DNA of 64,000 bases from a virus: IMG/VR virus record IMGVR_UViG_3300027801_002586, positions 18,070 through 82,069 of that record; one strand, given 5' to 3'. A model generated the notes under the pieces. The model was given only the letters and a program-made list of their open reading frames with translations. It was not told where the DNA came from and did not search any database. Made by a program: the position numbers and the translations under genes. Shown piece after piece: positions 1-8,988 of this stretch (position 1 is its first letter; each line of letters opens with the position of its first letter).

Positions 1-594
1 GATGCTAGTGGTTCTATGGGTGGAGAAAAATGGAGACAGACTATGATTTCTACCATTGCTATTTGTAAGGCTGTTGATATGATTCAAAATGTTGATGTGA
101 TGGTTTCTTTTAGAAGTACTCACGAAGGTGGTCACAGAAGAAATAGAGATATGAGTTCACCATTAATCTTGATTGGTTATGATTCAAGAGTTGACAAGTT
201 TTCAAAAGTGAAAAAAATGTTTCCATGTATTTATCCTGGTGGAACTACTCCAGAAGGATTATGTTTTGAAGCTATTCTAAAAGATATTGTTCCTACTACT
301 AATAATAGAGAATCTTATTTTTTGAATCTTTCAGATGGGATGCCAATGTTTAGTAATAATGATGTTGATTATTATAATAAAACGGCAATAAACCACACTA
401 AGAAAATGGTTGATGAGATTCGTAAACAAGGTATCAAAGTTATGAGTTATTTTGTTAGTGATACAAACTACGATAGGTCAGAGAATCTTAGAGATTTCAA
501 AAGAATGTATGGTAAAGATGCCGAGATGATAGATTTGAGCTCAGTACTTCAAATTTCAAAAACAATGAACAAAAAATTCTTGGAGAAAAATTAA
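1..594 (+). CDS. vWA-domain protein (CobT-like partner of the AAA ATPase), 5'-truncated
   Basis: Frame from base 1 reads DASGSM (MIDAS DxSxS), later GGTTPEG and LSDGMP; lies just upstream of a MoxR/CobS-type ATPase. Confidence 0.8.
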   Translation, partial: DASGSMGGEKWRQTMISTIAICKAVDMIQNVDVMVSFRSTHEGGHRRNRDMSSPLILIGYDSRVDKFSKVKKMFPCIYPGGTTPEGLCFEAILKDIVPTTNNRESYFLNLSDGMPMFSNNDVDYYNKTAINHTKKMVDEIRKQGIKVMSYFVSDTNYDRSENLRDFKRMYGKDAEMIDLSSVLQISKTMNKKFLEKN

Positions 595-833
595 TGGGTC
601 ATAAAAAACCGCTAGTAGCTGCTAGAAGAAGAGAAGTGGCAGGAATGTTTTTCAAGTGGATATACAATAATTTAATTAATAAAAAAAATACTAAATGTAT
701 GTGTGGGTGGAATATGAAACCATTTGAAAAATATACAGATAGACACCAATGGATATGTATATGGAAAAAATGTGGATGGGAAGCATTTGATAATAATGAT
801 GGTAAATTACATTGGTTTAAAACAAAAAAGTGA
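594..833 (+). CDS. small zinc-ribbon-like hypothetical protein
   Basis: CxC ... CxxxxC pattern; start overlaps upstream stop. Confidence 0.55.
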   Translation: MGHKKPLVAARRREVAGMFFKWIYNNLINKKNTKCMCGWNMKPFEKYTDRHQWICIWKKCGWEAFDNNDGKLHWFKTKK

Positions 834-834
834 A

Positions 835-872
835 AATAACACTTGACTCGTATAGTAAAAAAGCCTTATATT
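835..872 (+). promoter_or_regulatory. early sigma70-type promoter, copy 1
   Basis: A-tract-CAC-TTGACT(843-848)-N18-TATATT(867-872). Confidence 0.8.
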
Positions 873-898
873 GTCATATGACAACAGGGAGAAAAATT

Positions 899-997
899 AT
901 GGATTGGAAATTAATAGGTTATAGGATTGCTGAGTTTGGTACGGCACTACTTATATTTGTATCATTTTATTTATGGATGATTATTGCTAATATTTAA
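899..997 (+). CDS. 32-aa single-TM membrane peptide (not in ORF track)
   Basis: GGGAGA SD then MDWKLIGYRIAEFGTALLIFVSFYLWMIIANI; alternative leaderless ATG at 878 in frame. Confidence 0.55.
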   Translation: MDWKLIGYRIAEFGTALLIFVSFYLWMIIANI

Positions 998-1012
998 TTT
1001 AAAAAAAGTGAA

Positions 1013-1050
1013 GAAAACACTTGACTTGTATAGGCAAAAAGCCTTATATT
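1013..1050 (+). promoter_or_regulatory. early promoter, copy 2
   Basis: TTGACT(1021-1026)-TGTATAGGCAAAAAGCCT-TATATT(1045-1050). Confidence 0.8.
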
Positions 1051-1120
1051 AAGGTATAAGAAATGGGAAAAAAATTAACAATTGAAAAATAAAGAAAACA
1101 AAAAAAAGGAAAAAACACAT

Positions 1121-2278
1121 ATGGCTAATTTAGTTGTAAAAATCGAAAAGTCTGGAAACAGATATAATGCTTGGGATATTGATGGTAATAAGTTTACTTC
1201 AAAAATCTCAATTTCTGCTCGTAAACGAGCTCACAAAAAGGGTATGGCCCTTGAACAGAGAGTTAATAAATCAGGTAAGAACTACTGGTGGGTAGTTCCA
1301 ATGTCTGAATTTGAAGCTAATTCTGCTCCAATATTTGATGTATCTTCAATAGAGATTCCATCAGACCATGCTGAAGTTCTTAACTTCATACACGATTCAT
1401 ATAAACTAAAACCTAAAGGTTTAGTTATGAGAGAATTAAAGTGGAAGTACTTAATCCGTTCTGCCGTAAGAGGTAAGAATATTTTAATGACTGGCCCTGC
1501 TGGTTGTGGAAAAACTATGGCTGCTAAATCTTTGGTTAATTCCTTAGATAGGCCAGATTACTATTTTAATATGGGTTCTACACAAGACCCACGAGCCACC
1601 CTAATCGGTAACACTCATTTCGATAAAAAGAAAGGTACTTACTTTTCAGAGGCTCTTTTTGTAAAGGCTATTCAAACACCAAACGCTGTGATTCTTCTTG
1701 ATGAATTATCAAGAGCTCACCCTGATGCTTGGAATATTCTGATGACGGTTTTAGATGCTGGTCAAAGATATCTTAGGTTGGATGAGGCTGATGGTCAAAC
1801 TACTATCCCAGTTGCTGAAGGTGTAACTTTTGTAGCTACGGCTAATATCGGAAACGAATACACAAGTACTCGTGTAATGGATAAAGCTCTAATGGATAGA
1901 TTCACTATCGTGGAAATGGATGTCTTAACTGATGAAGAGGAACTTGGCTTACTTACTTATATGTTCCCCCATGTTGAGCCTGATTTAATGAAGGCTGTTG
2001 CTGAGATTGCTCATACTACACGTATGGAATCAAAATCAGATACTGGGAAAGTTTCTGCTGGAGTTTCTACGAGAACTTCGGTTGAGATGGCTGGATTACT
2101 TTACGATGGTTTCGGAATCGATGAGGCTGCTGAAGTAAGTATCTATCCACAATTCGCTGATGATGGCGGGATGGATTCTGAAAGAACTTTTGTAAAGCAG
2201 TTAGTTCAGAAGTACATCAATGATGGTTCGGACGAGGATTTATTCAATGTTGAGGATGAATCGGAAAATATGAGTTAG
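1121..2278 (+). CDS. MoxR/CobS/CbbQ-type AAA+ ATPase
   Basis: Walker A GPAGCGKT, Walker B ILLDE, ATANIG sensor, ALMDRF Arg finger; start moved to ATG 1121 after AAGGA. Confidence 0.9.
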   Translation: MANLVVKIEKSGNRYNAWDIDGNKFTSKISISARKRAHKKGMALEQRVNKSGKNYWWVVPMSEFEANSAPIFDVSSIEIPSDHAEVLNFIHDSYKLKPKGLVMRELKWKYLIRSAVRGKNILMTGPAGCGKTMAAKSLVNSLDRPDYYFNMGSTQDPRATLIGNTHFDKKKGTYFSEALFVKAIQTPNAVILLDELSRAHPDAWNILMTVLDAGQRYLRLDEADGQTTIPVAEGVTFVATANIGNEYTSTRVMDKALMDRFTIVEMDVLTDEEELGLLTYMFPHVEPDLMKAVAEIAHTTRMESKSDTGKVSAGVSTRTSVEMAGLLYDGFGIDEAAEVSIYPQFADDGGMDSERTFVKQLVQKYINDGSDEDLFNVEDESENMS

Positions 2279-2296
2279 GTCTTACCTAACTCGGTG

Positions 2297-2343
2297 TGGC
2301 TGGTGGTTTTTGATTTCCTTTCTTTCCCATCAGCCATTTTTTT
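2297..2343 (+). terminator. rho-independent terminator
   Basis: TGGCTGGTGG/CCATCAGCCA stem then T7; a second 9-bp hairpin (2272-2292) overlaps the AAA stop. Confidence 0.7.
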
Positions 2344-2390
2344 ATACATTTTGGAAATTTGAAAGTATATTTATAAATGAGGAATAAGAT

Positions 2391-2747
2391 ATGATAAAAA
2401 TTATTAAACGAGTTTTAAATCGACATAGAGATACTCAAGGTAATATTGGTTCGGAAGCATTTCGTGATTTGTTAGCAGTAGAAATTGCTGCAGTTATGAA
2501 ATCTAAGGGTTGTTATACTGAATATGGTGATAGTGAAGCAAAAGATAATCCACTCAGTATGGAAATGTGGAAAGGTTATAATACAGAAAAATTATCTAAA
2601 GAGTATTTAGATGCTTGGACTTGTGACCATTGTGGTAAACATACTCACAAAGTTGAATATGATTATCTTGGTAATGGTACAAATCACTTACAATGTGAAT
2701 TAGAACTTGAAACAAAAAACGAACAAATAGAATTGGAGCTTAAGTGA
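2391..2747 (+). CDS. hypothetical protein with CxxC motif
   Basis: ORF with GAGG SD; TATTTATA upstream at 2368-2375. Confidence 0.6.
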   Translation: MIKIIKRVLNRHRDTQGNIGSEAFRDLLAVEIAAVMKSKGCYTEYGDSEAKDNPLSMEMWKGYNTEKLSKEYLDAWTCDHCGKHTHKVEYDYLGNGTNHLQCELELETKNEQIELELK

Positions 2748-3025
2748 CAGTTACTTATGATAGATATTTAATATTGGCTAGTTATTCAACAAAAATAAGT
2801 GGCGATTATAGTGGATATGTAGGGTTTAGAGAATTGGTTGACGTGTTAGAAAATATAGCAGTAAAACAAATTAATACATATTTATATAATGGAAACCATT
2901 ATACATCTGAATTAACAATAAATGAAGTTAATGTTATTTTAGATTGTGTTAAAGATGGTAAGTACAATAGTGGCTTTGATAAGTTAAGAAAGATATCAAA
3001 CCAAATTGGGATACGACGAATTTAA
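2744..3025 (+). CDS. hypothetical protein
   Basis: GTG start overlapping upstream stop. Confidence 0.5.
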   Translation: MTVTYDRYLILASYSTKISGDYSGYVGFRELVDVLENIAVKQINTYLYNGNHYTSELTINEVNVILDCVKDGKYNSGFDKLRKISNQIGIRRI

Positions 3026-3076
3026 ATAAGTAGAGAAGTAGTTCTCTTAGTTACATTAAATAACAGGAGAATTACG

Positions 3077-3625
3077 ATGGCAAAAAAACTTGATGTTCGT
3101 GAATATCAATGTGAATTGGTAAGAGTTTTAGATGGAGATACAATCGATTGTTATATTGATTTAGGCTTTCATTTAAAAATTAAAAAAAGAATTAGATACA
3201 TGGGTATTGATACTTGGGAAAGTAGAACCCGAGATTTAGAAGAAAAAGCAAAAGGTCTATTAGCTAAAGCTCGGAATAAAGAATTGTTAGAGGGTGGAGT
3301 ATTTAAACTGAAAAGCTTCGGAACGGGAAAGTTCGGAAGAGTATTAGGAGAAATATTTGTATCACCAGATGTTGTTGGTGAACACATTACTGAGTGTATT
3401 AGTAACCCAGATTCTAAAATTGATTTATCTGTCGATGGTTGGGTAAGTATAAATGATATTCTAATTGAAGAAGGTCATGCTTATGATTATCTTGGTGGAA
3501 AGAAAAAAGATTTCAAAGCTGAAGCAGCTAAGGAAATTGGAAAAGAAAAAGTTGAGGCTAGTAAAGATTATGTTGATAAACCAACAGAAGAAAAAGAAAA
3601 AGAAGCAGGAGCAAAAGAAGAGTAA
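3077..3625 (+). CDS. thermonuclease (SNase-like) family protein
   Basis: RVLDGDT, IRYMGIDTWE, GKFGRVLG, LIEEGHA motifs. Confidence 0.85.
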   Translation: MAKKLDVREYQCELVRVLDGDTIDCYIDLGFHLKIKKRIRYMGIDTWESRTRDLEEKAKGLLAKARNKELLEGGVFKLKSFGTGKFGRVLGEIFVSPDVVGEHITECISNPDSKIDLSVDGWVSINDILIEEGHAYDYLGGKKKDFKAEAAKEIGKEKVEASKDYVDKPTEEKEKEAGAKEE

Positions 3626-3701
3626 CACATATAAGATTGTTGTTCCTTATGCTACCGAAACAACAACAATGAGTTACGAACAAATAACCTGGAGTTCTTA
3701 A

Positions 3702-3992
3702 ATGGAAGAAACACGATTTATATACTTTACAGCAAAGTGGTGTGGCCCTTGCAAAACATTTAAACCTATAATGGAAGGTTTGGAAGCAGAGGGATATCCT
3801 ATCTACTTTCAAGATGTTGACGAAGACCAAGTACTTGCAGAATCATATCAAATCAAATCAGTACCTACAATTAAAATTGTAAGAGGAAATGAAGTGCTAG
3901 AGACTATGATTGGAATACAAGACCCTGAAATAATGGTTGGTAAATTTCAATTATATGCACCCTTAGAATTTGGTGTTGAAGATGAAAGCTAA
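3702..3992 (+). CDS. trxA: thioredoxin
   Basis: WCGPC active site, SVPT cis-Pro loop. Confidence 0.9.
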   Translation: MEETRFIYFTAKWCGPCKTFKPIMEGLEAEGYPIYFQDVDEDQVLAESYQIKSVPTIKIVRGNEVLETMIGIQDPEIMVGKFQLYAPLEFGVEDES

Positions 3993-4158
3993 AGTAGAGT
4001 TTGAGTATCCTACTATTGAAGGGATGATTTATAAAGATACTATTATAGTATGTGAAGAATTAGATTTTAATAGTAGGGTAGGTGACGAAAAAGTTAAGGG
4101 TAAATTAGATACTGGTAAGATAGTATGGATACCCAAAAAATTATTAAGAAAAATGTAA
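3982..4158 (+). CDS. hypothetical protein (SH3-like?)
   Basis: ORF overlapping the thioredoxin end; ATG 3982. Confidence 0.45.
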   Translation: MKAKVEFEYPTIEGMIYKDTIIVCEELDFNSRVGDEKVKGKLDTGKIVWIPKKLLRKM

Positions 4159-4199
4159 TTTTTAGTTATTGATTAACTATTTATATACAGATTAAAATT

Positions 4200-4258
4200 T
4201 CAATGCTCGAAAGAGGTTGATTAAAAGATAGAATACTGATGTCGAAAGAATCAGTATT
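4200..4258 (+). promoter_or_regulatory. tandem GAAA-tetraloop hairpins in the hsp20 5' UTR
   Basis: TCAA-TG-CTC[GAAA]GAG-G-TTGA and AATACTGAT-G-TC[GAAA]GA-ATCAGTATT. Confidence 0.55.
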
Positions 4259-4293
4259 TAGTTAGACAAACAAGTTAACAAAGGAGAAAACAA

Positions 4294-4767
4294 ATGACTA
4301 AAGTTATCTTTAACGCAGGAGTCCCTATTATTGATAGGGATAATTTCCTAACACCATTCGATAGAATGTTCGACCAAATCGTGGAAAATTCATTTCCCGA
4401 TATCACAAAATCAGTAGGAGTAAAACCATTTCAAGGTACTGCATATCCAAAAGTAAATGTATATGAGTATGATGATAGGGTTGGTATAATAGCCGAAATC
4501 CCAGGTCTTGATAAAAAAGATTTATCAATAGATGTGGAAGAAGGCGTATTAACTATTGCTGGAAACAAACATGGATTGTTTGATGATAAAGGTGCAAAAG
4601 TAATTCGTAAAGAATTAAAACATTCATCTTTCAAACGACAATTCGAATTGGGTGATTTACTGAATGGAGATAAAATCAAAGCAACATTTAAAGATGGATT
4701 GCTTTCGATTGATGTTCCTAAAGTAGAACCAAAGAAACCAATTAAGACCTCTGTCAAGATTTCCTAA
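4294..4767 (+). CDS. small heat-shock protein Hsp20
   Basis: Alpha-crystallin motifs: AEIPGL, LTIAG, SFKRQF, ATFKDGLLSIDVPK. Confidence 0.92.
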   Translation: MTKVIFNAGVPIIDRDNFLTPFDRMFDQIVENSFPDITKSVGVKPFQGTAYPKVNVYEYDDRVGIIAEIPGLDKKDLSIDVEEGVLTIAGNKHGLFDDKGAKVIRKELKHSSFKRQFELGDLLNGDKIKATFKDGLLSIDVPKVEPKKPIKTSVKIS

Positions 4768-4954
4768 CATAATAAATGTAGGAAACGATAAGTATGTTGT
4801 TCTTGGAACGGCAAAGGTGGACACTGGTTTTACAACAGAAGAACTTAAGTCTCAGTATGGGTACGCCGATGCCGTTCTTAGGAACGGAGATGTATATTAT
4901 ATCTGCTATAAAATGATAGAAGCAGAATTTGAAGAACTAAATCAAGAAACATAA
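4751..4954 (+). CDS. hypothetical protein, probable near-cognate (CTG) start (not in ORF track)
   Basis: Open frame SRFPNIINVGNDKYVVLG...EAEFEELNQET; no ATG near its 5' end. Confidence 0.45.
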   Translation: MSRFPNIINVGNDKYVVLGTAKVDTGFTTEELKSQYGYADAVLRNGDVYYICYKMIEAEFEELNQET

Positions 4955-4959
4955 ATTGA

Positions 4960-5190
4960 TATCGTGATTTCTTGTTACCACTTAGGTGGGTTGTTGTTTT
5001 CGGAAGTGAGGTTAGAAGTTGAAAAACAGACTAACAAAAAGTCCTATTAACAAATATAGGTAATCTTAACAGCGAATAGGCTGGGTTGTAGACCACGCGT
5101 AAGGTTACCACAATTAGTTTTGTATGGAGATACTTAATATAGAAAGTGTCGGAAGAATCTGAAATAAATAACGATTAGGTATGCACAGAT
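4960..5190 (+). ncRNA. candidate structured non-coding RNA
   Basis: About 230-nt intergenic region with several stems: GGTAATCTTA/TAAGGTTACC, GTTAG/CTAAC, CCTAT/ATAGG, GATACTT/AAGTGTC. Confidence 0.35.
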
Positions 5191-5205
5191 GATACTTATT
5201 ACTAT

Positions 5206-5733
5206 ATGAATCTCAAACAGATTAAGCAAAGAAAAGTGAGACAGAAACTTGCATGGTTACAATCCGAATTGGAAGAAACTAAAATTATATATAAAACTTG
5301 TATAGAAAGATTTAATACAGATTTTAGAAACTATTTAATGGGGGGTGATTCTACACCAGACCCATCATCTAAGTTAAGTAAAGACCCACTCGATAAAATT
5401 GAATCCGATGTTGATGATGATACATTGAAAGCAGTATATCGTAAGGTGGCAGGAAAAACTCACCCCGATAAGGGTGGAGATTCTGATAAATTTAAATTAG
5501 CGAATGAAGCTAATAAAAATAAAGATTTTGGAAAGTTGTTAGATATGGCTGATGAATTAGGTCTTGAAGTTCCTATGGATGATAGAATGAAATTTGAAAT
5601 GGAACAACAGATTAAAGCAGTATCCAATAATATAACAAATATGAAATCCACGATGGCGTGGGTTTGGGTTCACATTGAACCAAATTCAAAAGATAATATG
5701 AAGCAATATATTCTACAACAATTGAATATATAA
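5206..5733 (+). CDS. J-domain (DnaJ-like) protein
   Basis: LKAVYRKVAGKTHPDKGG...FKLANEA with HPD motif. Confidence 0.85.
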   Translation: MNLKQIKQRKVRQKLAWLQSELEETKIIYKTCIERFNTDFRNYLMGGDSTPDPSSKLSKDPLDKIESDVDDDTLKAVYRKVAGKTHPDKGGDSDKFKLANEANKNKDFGKLLDMADELGLEVPMDDRMKFEMEQQIKAVSNNITNMKSTMAWVWVHIEPNSKDNMKQYILQQLNI

Positions 5734-5765
5734 CATATTTATATATAACAAAAAGGTTAATACAC

Positions 5766-5957
5766 ATGAGAAGAAAAATAGAAGTAATAGACAAGATAAA
5801 TTCAATTCAACTTGAGGTAGAGAGACTACACGAGAGAACACCCGAAGATACTGGTGATAATAGGTTTGACTTAATACTAAGAATCACAAAAGGATTAAAA
5901 ACGATGTTGGACGATTTAGAAAATATCGTTGAATTAGAGTCTGATGGTATTGAATAA
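5766..5957 (+). CDS. hypothetical helical protein
   Basis: ORF preceded by TATTTATA (5736-5743). Confidence 0.55.
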   Translation: MRRKIEVIDKINSIQLEVERLHERTPEDTGDNRFDLILRITKGLKTMLDDLENIVELESDGIE

Positions 5958-5971
5958 ATAGGAGAGTACAG

Positions 5972-6883
5972 GTGGAACGCTCAGAAAATTTCCATATATG
6001 GTTGGGAATCTCAGCATTACTTATTGCAGGTAGTGCAGGATTCTTTTCCGTATTTGGATTAAGCAAATTATTTAGTGGTGCAACATTAAGTGTAATCGTA
6101 ATGGCGAGTTCATTAGAACTTGGTAAGTTGGTTACTGCTGCATTCGTATATAGATATTGGAAACTGATTAGTTGGTTTCAAAGGATATATTTAAGTACTG
6201 CAGTAATAGTATTAATTGCTATTACATCTGCTGGTATCTTTGGATATCTAAGTAATGCTTATCAAGGAGCGACCGTCCAGTTCGAAAAAGAATCTACTGC
6301 CTTATTATATATGGAAGATAGATTAGACCAGTTAAAAGAAGATAAGATATTTTTAACTGAGGAATTGGAAGTGGCAATATCAGAATTACCTGATAACTAT
6401 CTTACAGCAAAGAGAAAACTTCGAGAGGAATATCAACCACAGATATCTGATATCAATAAACAAATGTTAGATTTAAAAGGTGAGGTGGGGGAATTAAAAA
6501 TTGCCCTTGTGGAGACTGGAGTAGATGTCGGCCCAGCAATATATCTGGCTCGAACATTCAACACGGATGTAGATTCGGTCGTTAAGTTTTTCATCTTTAT
6601 TCTAATATTCGTCTTTGACCCATTAGCTGTTATGCTAGTTGTAGCATTTAATCAAGCGATAGTACTTAGGGGAGAAGAATCCGAATTAAAAATTGGTAAT
6701 CAAAAAAGCTTGCTTACCAAGAAAGCAAAAAATTGGTGGGAAGTATATGGTGAAACAAAAGATAAGATTCTTAAACGAGAAGATATTGTTGAACCAGAAG
6801 AAGATGTAGTAGAGGTTATCAAAGAAGATAAAACTTCCGATAAAAATATTAGAAAGTCATTAAGAGGTGGAGTTAGAACATAG
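5972..6883 (+). CDS. multi-TM membrane protein with coiled coil
   Basis: Three N-terminal hydrophobic helices, heptad region, fourth TM with FVFDPLAV. Confidence 0.75.
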   Translation: MERSENFHIWLGISALLIAGSAGFFSVFGLSKLFSGATLSVIVMASSLELGKLVTAAFVYRYWKLISWFQRIYLSTAVIVLIAITSAGIFGYLSNAYQGATVQFEKESTALLYMEDRLDQLKEDKIFLTEELEVAISELPDNYLTAKRKLREEYQPQISDINKQMLDLKGEVGELKIALVETGVDVGPAIYLARTFNTDVDSVVKFFIFILIFVFDPLAVMLVVAFNQAIVLRGEESELKIGNQKSLLTKKAKNWWEVYGETKDKILKREDIVEPEEDVVEVIKEDKTSDKNIRKSLRGGVRT

Positions 6884-6950
6884 TATATATTATATTTATT
6901 AGTAAGAACCCGCGGATTACATTTAATTAAAACTTAATGGGAGTGTTACT

Positions 6951-7787
6951 ATGAGTAGTAAAGCAAAAGTAAAAACTATAACAAAGGTTGTATCAACTCA
7001 AGATTGTCAAAACAAACGACAAGCATTATCACAGATGAAACGTATCAAATGGGACATCGATTTCAAAAACACAAATCAAAAGAAATTTTGGGATACCATT
7101 GTATCTAATACTATTAATTTTTGTATAGGCCCTGCAGGATGTGGTAAAACATATATTGCAACATATTGGGCACTACAACATTTAGTTGATAAAAATTCAA
7201 AGTATGATGGGATTATTATTACTAAACCAATGGTGGAAGTTGATGGAGAAAAGATTGGATACCTACCAGGTAATATCGATGAGAAAACTGACCCGTTTAT
7301 GCAATCAGTATATTATAATATGGAACAGATAATTGGTAAGCAGAGAATGGAAGTTTTAAGAGCTGCAGGATTGATTAAAGTTGTACCATTAGCTTATATG
7401 CGTGGATTAACATTACAGAATAAAATTGTGATATTAGATGAAGCACAGAATGCTACAATACCACAGATTAAAACTTTTCTTACAAGAATTGGAATGGGTT
7501 CTAAATATATTGTAAGTGGAGATTTAATGCAGAGTGATTTGAAAGCAAAAGGGGCAAATGCATTAGAAGATAGTATCAGGAGATTTACTGGTTTATATGG
7601 TGTAGGATTTTCTCAGTTCGGAATGAAAGATGTTGTTAGACATCCAATCGTTGCAGAACTATTAAGTAGATATGAAGATAAGTTTTTTATTGATGAGAGT
7701 GTTACTGCAGAAGCAACACTATCTGAATGGTTAACACATCCCACATACGAACATCCAAAGTACTCACATTATTGGGAGAAAAATTAA
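6951..7787 (+). CDS. phoH: PhoH-like ATPase
   Basis: GPAGCGKT, GYLPG, YMRGLT, ILDEAQN, GDLMQSD, DVVRHP. Confidence 0.93.
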   Translation: MSSKAKVKTITKVVSTQDCQNKRQALSQMKRIKWDIDFKNTNQKKFWDTIVSNTINFCIGPAGCGKTYIATYWALQHLVDKNSKYDGIIITKPMVEVDGEKIGYLPGNIDEKTDPFMQSVYYNMEQIIGKQRMEVLRAAGLIKVVPLAYMRGLTLQNKIVILDEAQNATIPQIKTFLTRIGMGSKYIVSGDLMQSDLKAKGANALEDSIRRFTGLYGVGFSQFGMKDVVRHPIVAELLSRYEDKFFIDESVTAEATLSEWLTHPTYEHPKYSHYWEKN

Positions 7788-7791
7788 CTTA

Positions 7792-7830
7792 AAAAAACAC
7801 TTGACTTGTATGGGCAAAAAGCCTTATATT
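7792..7830 (+). promoter_or_regulatory. early promoter, copy 3 (likely leaderless transcript)
   Basis: TTGACT(7801-7806)-N18-TATATT(7825-7830); ATG at 7836. Confidence 0.8.
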
Positions 7831-7835
7831 CAGCT

Positions 7836-8345
7836 ATGAATAAAAATACTATAATTTTTGATTTGGATGGAACTCTAGCTAACATTGATGTTAGAAGGAA
7901 TAAGTCTTTAAAACCCGATGGTAAGTTAGATTGGGAAATCTTTGCTGCTCCACAATCAATTTTAGATTTAGACGAACCTAATCTTCCAGTAATCAAGATG
8001 GCTCAAATGTTCAAAGCCGATGGCTTTAAGATTGTTATCTTTAGTGGAAGGAACGATAGAGGATTTGTTGCTACTAACCATTGGTTAACAAGATACGATG
8101 TTCCATTCGACCTTTTAGTATTAAGACCTGATAAGTTTAAAGCTAACTCATGGCCTATTGCTGATGGAAATCAAGCTACATCTGATATGAGGTTTATGCC
8201 TGATGAGATTCTAAAGAAAGCTATGTTAGATACCTTTGTTGATATCGATGATGTATTCTTGGTTGTTGATGATAGAGATAAGGTTGTTAAGATGTGGAGA
8301 GATTTAGGATTAAATACTTTTCAAGTAGCACCAGGAGATTTTTAA
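7836..8345 (+). CDS. HAD-family phosphatase (PNKP phosphatase-like)
   Basis: FDLDGTLA, FSGR, VDDRDKVVKMWR; start moved to ATG 7836. Confidence 0.85.
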   Translation: MNKNTIIFDLDGTLANIDVRRNKSLKPDGKLDWEIFAAPQSILDLDEPNLPVIKMAQMFKADGFKIVIFSGRNDRGFVATNHWLTRYDVPFDLLVLRPDKFKANSWPIADGNQATSDMRFMPDEILKKAMLDTFVDIDDVFLVVDDRDKVVKMWRDLGLNTFQVAPGDF

Positions 8346-8367
8346 ATGGATAAAATAAAATAGTTAA

Positions 8368-8406
8368 AAATAACACTTGACTTGTATAGGGTTTTAGTGT
8401 TATATT
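8368..8406 (+). promoter_or_regulatory. early promoter, copy 4
   Basis: TTGACT(8377-8382)-N18-TATATT(8401-8406). Confidence 0.75.
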
Positions 8407-8433
8407 ATAGTAATAAATAAAGGAGTTATAAAA

Positions 8434-8582
8434 ATGAATTTACCAGAAATAAAAACGATAGAAGATATGAAATCGTTGGTATCACAGATGGTGATACCTA
8501 CAAAGAAATTAAATATAAAAAAGCTAAACCATTATTAGATAGTGGTGAATGGGTAGTATATGTAGGAGGCCCAATAACATGA
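8434..8582 (+). pseudogene. frameshifted or chimeric small gene
   Basis: SD+ATG 8434 opens a 34-aa ORF, but the -1 frame (ITDGDTYKEIKYKKAKPLLDSGEW) ends in an ATGA overlap with the next gene. Confidence 0.4.
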
Positions 8583-8809
8583 AATCGGAGTTACAAGTAG
8601 TAAAGAGTCTTGTAAAAAAATATTCTAATGATAAAGAATTAGGTAGTGCAGTTAGACGATTCTTGACAGAAGATTATTGGATACAAAAAGGTAATACTTT
8701 AAGAGTTCTTGAATATCGAGAACTTAAAGAATTTAAAAGTCTGGCAACGTATGGACAGGACCATATAGCGGCAGAAAGAGAATGGCTGGAGCAGTTAGAA
8801 AAGATATGA
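8579..8809 (+). CDS. hypothetical protein
   Basis: AGGAGG SD before ATG 8579. Confidence 0.6.
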   Translation: MKSELQVVKSLVKKYSNDKELGSAVRRFLTEDYWIQKGNTLRVLEYRELKEFKSLATYGQDHIAAEREWLEQLEKI

Positions 8810-8962
8810 GAACAATAAAATTAACCACATTTAATGACATCGAAGATTGTGATAGACAAGATGTTAATGACCTGATTTCGGCACTCGTAAGAATGGGTTA
8901 TGAAGTATGGATGGCAGACCATTCCGTTTGTTTTAACTTGGGGAATGATGACGTAATAAAAG
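8806..8962 (+). repeat. about 155-bp direct repeat, copy 1 (copy 2 at 10255-10411)
   Basis: About 9 mismatches by eye between the copies. Confidence 0.9.
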
Positions 8963-8988
8963 AAGAAAATAATGAGGAAGAGAAATGA
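8806..8988 (+). CDS. hypothetical protein, paralogue A
   Basis: Near-identical to 10255..10452; ATGA overlap start. Confidence 0.65.
   Translation: MRTIKLTTFNDIEDCDRQDVNDLISALVRMGYEVWMADHSVCFNLGNDDVIKEENNEEEK

Noticed and set aside
4960-5190. RNase P RNA or group I/II intron
   Set aside because: Hallmark conserved motifs were not found; kept only as an unclassified RNA candidate
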